Shown in pieces: positions 59,643-64,000 of a stretch of DNA of 64,000 bases. The position numbers were made by a program, and so were the translations under genes. Every line of letters begins with the position of its first letter. Position 1 is the stretch's first letter. This DNA comes from an uncultured archaeon (GTDB lineage: Archaea; Thermoproteota; Bathyarchaeia; Bathyarchaeales; Bathycorpusculaceae): positions 113,578 through 177,577 of the forward strand of contig CAWENF010000014.1 of NCBI GenBank assembly GCA_963810275.1, in the 5' to 3' direction. The notes below the pieces were generated by a model. The model made no database searches. It was given only the letters and a program-made list of their open reading frames with translations, and was not told the DNA's origin.

Positions 59643-60632
59643 AAGGCGGCTGCGGAATACCCCAAAGTTTCAATCATCGTTGCATCCTACAACAACCAAG
59701 ACACCATCGCAGAATGTTTGGAGGCGCTATTGGCACTTGATTACCCCAAAGGCCACTTTGAAGTCATAGTGATGGATGGCGTCAGCAAAGACGACACGGT
59801 TAAAATTGCAGAGCAGTATCCGGTTAAGGTGGTTTCTATTAGGCTAAACTGTCCCGCAGCCTACAACTACGTTTTCAACATTGCTTCGTATCCCATTTTT
59901 GGGTTTGTTGACTCAGACGCCAAAGTGGAGCAGAGTTGGCTTAGAAAACTCGTTCCACACCTGTCTGAGCCACAGGTGGCCGGGGTAAGCGGGAGCATTG
60001 AAACCTGGAATCAGGATAATCCATGGGCGAGGAGCATCGGGTATGAGCTAAAAGCCCGCTACAGCCGCATAGGTCAATACACGGGCAGAATCGCCACCAT
60101 GAACCTGCTGCTCAAAAAAGAGGTCATAGCTGAGGTGGGAGGCTGGGATGAGGGGTTCCCAAGCCAATATGACACGGACTTCGGCTTCCGAATGTCCAAA
60201 CTAGGCTACAAAATCGCGTACGAACCCGCCGCAGTTTGTTACCACTACAACCGTCCCACGCTCAAAGCGTTTTATCGTCAGCAGCGCCAGTACGGGAAAA
60301 ACACGTTACGACTCTACTTCAAGCATGGGAACTTGGTGAAGGGCGACGAAATCACCGATTTAGGCATGAACATCCAGCCTATCCTGCTGCTTGCCGCTGT
60401 TGGGTTGTTTGTGTTCGGAATAATTCCGCCTCTGAGACTGTTATGGCTTGGTTCTGGGCTGATTCTTCTAGGGATGCTTGTTTACTTTGTCTACTCGGCC
60501 ACTAAAGTCTCCAGCAAGTTTGGGGACTGGTCGGCGATGCGACTTGTCGTGCTTTTCTATGTGCGTTTGGCAGCGTGGTTTGTCGGCGCAGTAGCGGCAT
60601 CCATAAAGTACATTTCAGCGAGGAACCGCTAA
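59643..60632 (+). CDS. GT2 glycosyltransferase with C-terminal TM helices; start codon not evident
   Basis: Frame extends upstream of 59718 to 'EYPKVSIIVASYN'; 'MDGVSKD', 'FVDSDA', 'QQRQY'. Confidence 0.85.
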   Translation, partial: KAAAEYPKVSIIVASYNNQDTIAECLEALLALDYPKGHFEVIVMDGVSKDDTVKIAEQYPVKVVSIRLNCPAAYNYVFNIASYPIFGFVDSDAKVEQSWLRKLVPHLSEPQVAGVSGSIETWNQDNPWARSIGYELKARYSRIGQYTGRIATMNLLLKKEVIAEVGGWDEGFPSQYDTDFGFRMSKLGYKIAYEPAAVCYHYNRPTLKAFYRQQRQYGKNTLRLYFKHGNLVKGDEITDLGMNIQPILLLAAVGLFVFGIIPPLRLLWLGSGLILLGMLVYFVYSATKVSSKFGDWSAMRLVVLFYVRLAAWFVGAVAASIKYISARNR

Positions 60633-61830
60633 ATGCCAGCCTAAAGTCTGCTTCATCAGCCCCGAGTATTGGCCTCTCACAGGCGGCACAGGCAGCTATG
60701 TCTACTATCTCAGCAGTCAACTGCTCAAAAACGGCCACTCCATCTATGTGGTGACGGGCGCAAACCAGCATAAAGACGTTCATGTAAACCCTCAGCTTGA
60801 CGTGTCGTTCCTCAAAATCCCCAAAATGCCCATTGTAAAGTCTTTTATGTTGGCACAGGCAAGCAGCCGCAAACTCCAAAGCGTAAAAGCCACAGCCGAC
60901 ATTGACATTGTGGCTCCCCAAATGCCCCTAACCCCAAACTTCGCGGTACCCCCCAACTTTGGAAAAACACTTGTCTGCACTGTGCACTCCACCTGGAAAG
61001 GCGAAGCTGAAGCTATCCGAGCAGAACCCTACCTCCGCTTAAACGCTAACGAAAAGTTCCTCGTCAGCTTCAACGGATTTTTGCGGTTCTTCGAGGAAGG
61101 CATGATTCATCGAGCCCGAAAAATCATTGCTGTAAGCCACTTCACCAAGTGGGAACTCACCAACTACTACAAGATTCCAGCGCACAAAATCAGGGTAATC
61201 CATAATGGGGTTGATATCAACAAGTTCCAGCCCACTGAGGACAAAGCCAAAGTTAAGGCCCAGTTTGGGCTAAAACCTGACCACCTCGCCATAGTCTCCG
61301 TTGGGAGGCTGTATGCGCGAAAAGGCTTATTCACGCTTATCGAGAGCATGCCCGCCGTCGTCAAACGGTTCCCTAAAGCCAAATTTATTATTTCAGGCAA
61401 GGGACAAAGCGATGAAATGCAAAAACTCATCGCACACGCCACCCGCCTCGGAGTCATCGACAACATCGTCTTCACAGGCTACACACCCGACGAAGAGTTG
61501 CCTAAGCTGTATCAGGCGGCGGACGTGTTTGCATTTAGCACCTTCTATGAACATCACCCGTTTGCGGTTTTGGAGGCGCTGTCCACTGGGTTGCCCGTGG
61601 TGACAACAACTGTTGGGGGAATCCCAGAAACAATAGAAAGTGGCAAAAACGGCATGCTGGTGGCACCATTCAGCTCAACGCAGTTTTCAGACGCCATACT
61701 CCACCTGCTTGAACACCCAAAAGAAGCAGCGGAGATGGGCAAAAAAGCCCGTGGAACAGTCGTGAAGGAACTGGACTGGCGCATAGTTGTCAAAGATGCC
61801 ATGGAAGTCTATGAAGAAGCCCTAAAGTGA
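60633..61830 (+). CDS. GT4 glycosyltransferase (frameshift just after ATG 60633)
   Basis: Upstream frame reads 'PKVCFISPEYWPLTGGTGSY'; 'IHNGVD', 'VGRLYARKG', 'LEALSTGLPVV'. Confidence 0.88.
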
Positions 61831-61939
61831 TTGTCATAACGGAAGGGGAGACAAATAATCCACGACTACTTTGTTGACCGCGCTTAATGAAAAACCTTAA
61901 AACCCTATGCACTAAACAAGTCACTGGTGTATCATACCT

Positions 61940-62440
61940 ATGAAGAACATAAACATTTTTTGGTGCACTGACTTTCTAGGAATTAGTTATTTACGTAAAC
62001 AAAACGAATGGATGGTAATTCCAGTCTTTACTAGCCGCTCAAACGCTGAAAAACTGTGGGACGAACAAATACAATCCATAGATGAAAAAACCCTGAAAAT
62101 GCGATTCATCGAACAGAGCAGTAACTACAAGTTTATACTATACTCACTCCCTTTATCAAAAGAAAAGCTAAATATTGGTTTTTATAGAAGCATCAGCTCA
62201 TTTAAAACGTATAATTTCTTTAAAGCTAACTTTTCAGGTGATGTCTACTTCACTCTTGGCATACTTGGAGATGGGGCGCACCCTGAATATTTAACTGAAT
62301 CCAAGTTAGTTACCGATGTGAAATTCCTTAAGGATACAGAAGTAGAGAAAAATTCAGTTGAGTGGCTTGCTGAGGAAACGCAAAGGCAAGCGAGGAATAT
62401 CGACAACAAAGCAGTTAATGGAAAACAGTATTCTAGTTAA
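61940..62440 (+). CDS. hypothetical protein (AT-rich)
   Basis: 166-aa ORF with no recognisable motif. Confidence 0.5.
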   Translation: MKNINIFWCTDFLGISYLRKQNEWMVIPVFTSRSNAEKLWDEQIQSIDEKTLKMRFIEQSSNYKFILYSLPLSKEKLNIGFYRSISSFKTYNFFKANFSGDVYFTLGILGDGAHPEYLTESKLVTDVKFLKDTEVEKNSVEWLAEETQRQARNIDNKAVNGKQYSS

Positions 62441-62461
62441 CCTATTTTGCGTATTTGCATA

Positions 62462-62487
62462 GGTGCAGGGAGTAGGATTCGAACCCC
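62462..62487 (-). mobile_element. tRNA 3'-end fragment (probably tRNA-Leu), att site of an integrated element
   Basis: Minus strand GGGGTTCGAATCCTACTCCCTGCACC is a T-loop plus 3' acceptor strand with no 5' tRNA half. Confidence 0.7.
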
Positions 62488-62605
62488 ATCAGCCGAGGAG
62501 AGGCCACCCGCATTTCCCCTTTTTATCATAAAATTGATAAGCGGTATAATTCTATTATTAGTGTTAGCTGCAACTGATTGCTGCCGCTTTTATGAGTGAG
62601 ATTGA

Positions 62606-62953
62606 TTGTCTAATCCAGTTGAGGTCTACATAGTAAAACAAGAATCACCTCAGAAGGAAATTCTGCAAGAGCTTCGAGTGATTTTTAGGGAAACCCTCCA
62701 ATAACCCGAAGAGGAAATGAGATGGGGCATAATAACATATGCATGTGGGAAATTTTATATCGCAGCCATGAAACCCGTGTGCATGTTGGTTTTGCAATTA
62801 CTGGCTTAAGTAGTGATGAGCTTGCACTTTTTTTATGAAAAAGGCAAAACAATGAGGCACATAAGGATTGATGCGCTGGAACGAATAAACAAGATTAACC
62901 TTGCAAAGCTGATAAAAATAGTCGACCAAAAAGCAACATGTAAACCCTGTTGA
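62606..62953 (+). pseudogene. DUF1801 (YdhG-like) pseudogene
   Basis: 'VEVYIVKQESPQKEILQELR..*PEEEMRWG..Y..HVGFAI..GKTMRHI' with an internal stop and a frameshift. Confidence 0.65.
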
Positions 62954-63379
62954 TGTCACAGAAGTGGACCAGGGGGTTTTGAACCGTATTGGGTTCAAAG
63001 ACTATTTAGAGTTGATAGAGATAGGAAGACAAAACGGATAAGGGCGAAAGACAACATGTTAGTGTAGGAGAGTAAATCAAAATAAAAAACAAGGCAAAAA
63101 ACAAAGCAAAAAATCAAACTAAAAAAGAGAACCAGACAAAAAATAAAGGAAAAAAGGATTGGAAGCAGAGATAAAAAAAACTAAAAAGGAACAGCGCCAC
63201 CCCAAAACGCGTCGTTTAATTCTTAACTTTCCTCTGTTAGTATATTTCTTTAAAAATCAATTCAGTTTGGTCCACTTAGTCAGCACAATTCCTCTGTTAC
63301 AAGTCAATGCTGCTAAGCTGGTTCAGCATTAAATTACAGTTAAAGGAAGGTAGCCCGGATTTGACGAGGGTAAAGACTC

Positions 63380-63937
63380 TTACAGCCTCATGTTTTTGAG
63401 ATTCACATGATGCGGAGAAATACGGCAAATAGAATGGGACTACGTAGACTTGAAGGCAAAGTTGTAAACATAACAGCTGAAAAAACAGCAATCCAAGAGT
63501 CGTACACCTAAGCAATAAACTCCTTGGAATGCTTACGCAGATACCTAAAATATACGGTGAAAGAATATTCTTTTCCCATGCACCATGCCAGTTGACCACT
63601 TCGGACCTTATTTAGCATGCAACGAAAACGATTAGTACGTAAACTCAGAAACCCAAGACTGCTAAAAATCCACTTCCACACCTTCCTACACTAGAAAGGA
63701 ACCATGCTCTATCACAAGACCAAAGACATGTAATATGTTATGCTACGTCTAGGAAACAAGCAAATCAAAAACACAATACTATACGTGCAACTCGAAGAAG
63801 CACTATTCCAAGGAGAAACCAACTATATCTCAAAAGTCGCAAAGACAGAGAAGGAAATCAGCAGTTTAATTGAAGCCGGCTTTGAATACGTCACCGAGTT
63901 TCAAGATACTAAAATCTTTAGAAAACGCAAACTTTAG
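63380..63937 (+). pseudogene. tyrosine recombinase/integrase remnant
   Basis: 'EKNSNPR', 'KLRNPRLLKIHFHTFLH*KGT..YHKTKD.*.VM..LGNKQIKNTILY', tail 'LIEAGFEYV...KIFRKRK'; stops and decayed catalytic residues. Confidence 0.8.
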
Positions 63938-64000
63938 CAATAAAATAAGAAAGAAATTGAAGGTATCTCCGGCGTGACTCCCTACAGTTTCATATATAAT

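Noticed and set aside
1396-63694. Genome-wide TAG recoding (pyrrolysine) suggested by in-frame TAGs at 1396, 14543, ~36810 and 63692
   Set aside because: Intact genes such as DUF488 and aglB end in TAG at expected lengths, and most internal TAGs lie in pseudogenes with other lesions

Overview
Archaeal chromosomal segment, most likely a TACK archaeon of class Bathyarchaeia. This is inferred from PolB1, AglB/AglH, CarS, thermosome, Tes, a PAC4-like gene and the integrase type. Most of the window is housekeeping: DNA replication and repair (polB1, topA, radB, xpd, nth, nfo), N-glycosylation (aglH-aglB and a nearby OSTC/DC2-like gene), ether-lipid synthesis (carS, DGGGP synthase, tes), two cobamide nucleotide-loop clusters (cobZ/cobT/cobS/cobY, and a divergent cobS/cobY plus cobD), an ECF transporter core, chaperones (pfdB, thermosome), sua5, thyA and several glycosyltransferases. 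Accessory content is a GT4/(alpha/alpha)6/2xGH130/CBS sugar module beside a Csp3-like copper protein, decayed exported-protein genes at the left end, and the edge of a decayed tRNA-integrated element at the right end. Many conserved genes carry single frameshifts, probably uncorrected long-read indels. No rRNA, intact tRNA or CRISPR array was seen. The best leads are (i) an OSTC/DC2-like accessory OST subunit near aglB, (ii) a divergent cobS-cobY(-cobD) set inside a tetraether-lipid/glycosyltransferase cluster, and (iii) a putative beta-mannoside synthesis/phosphorolysis module. All family calls come from motif recognition by eye, not database searches.
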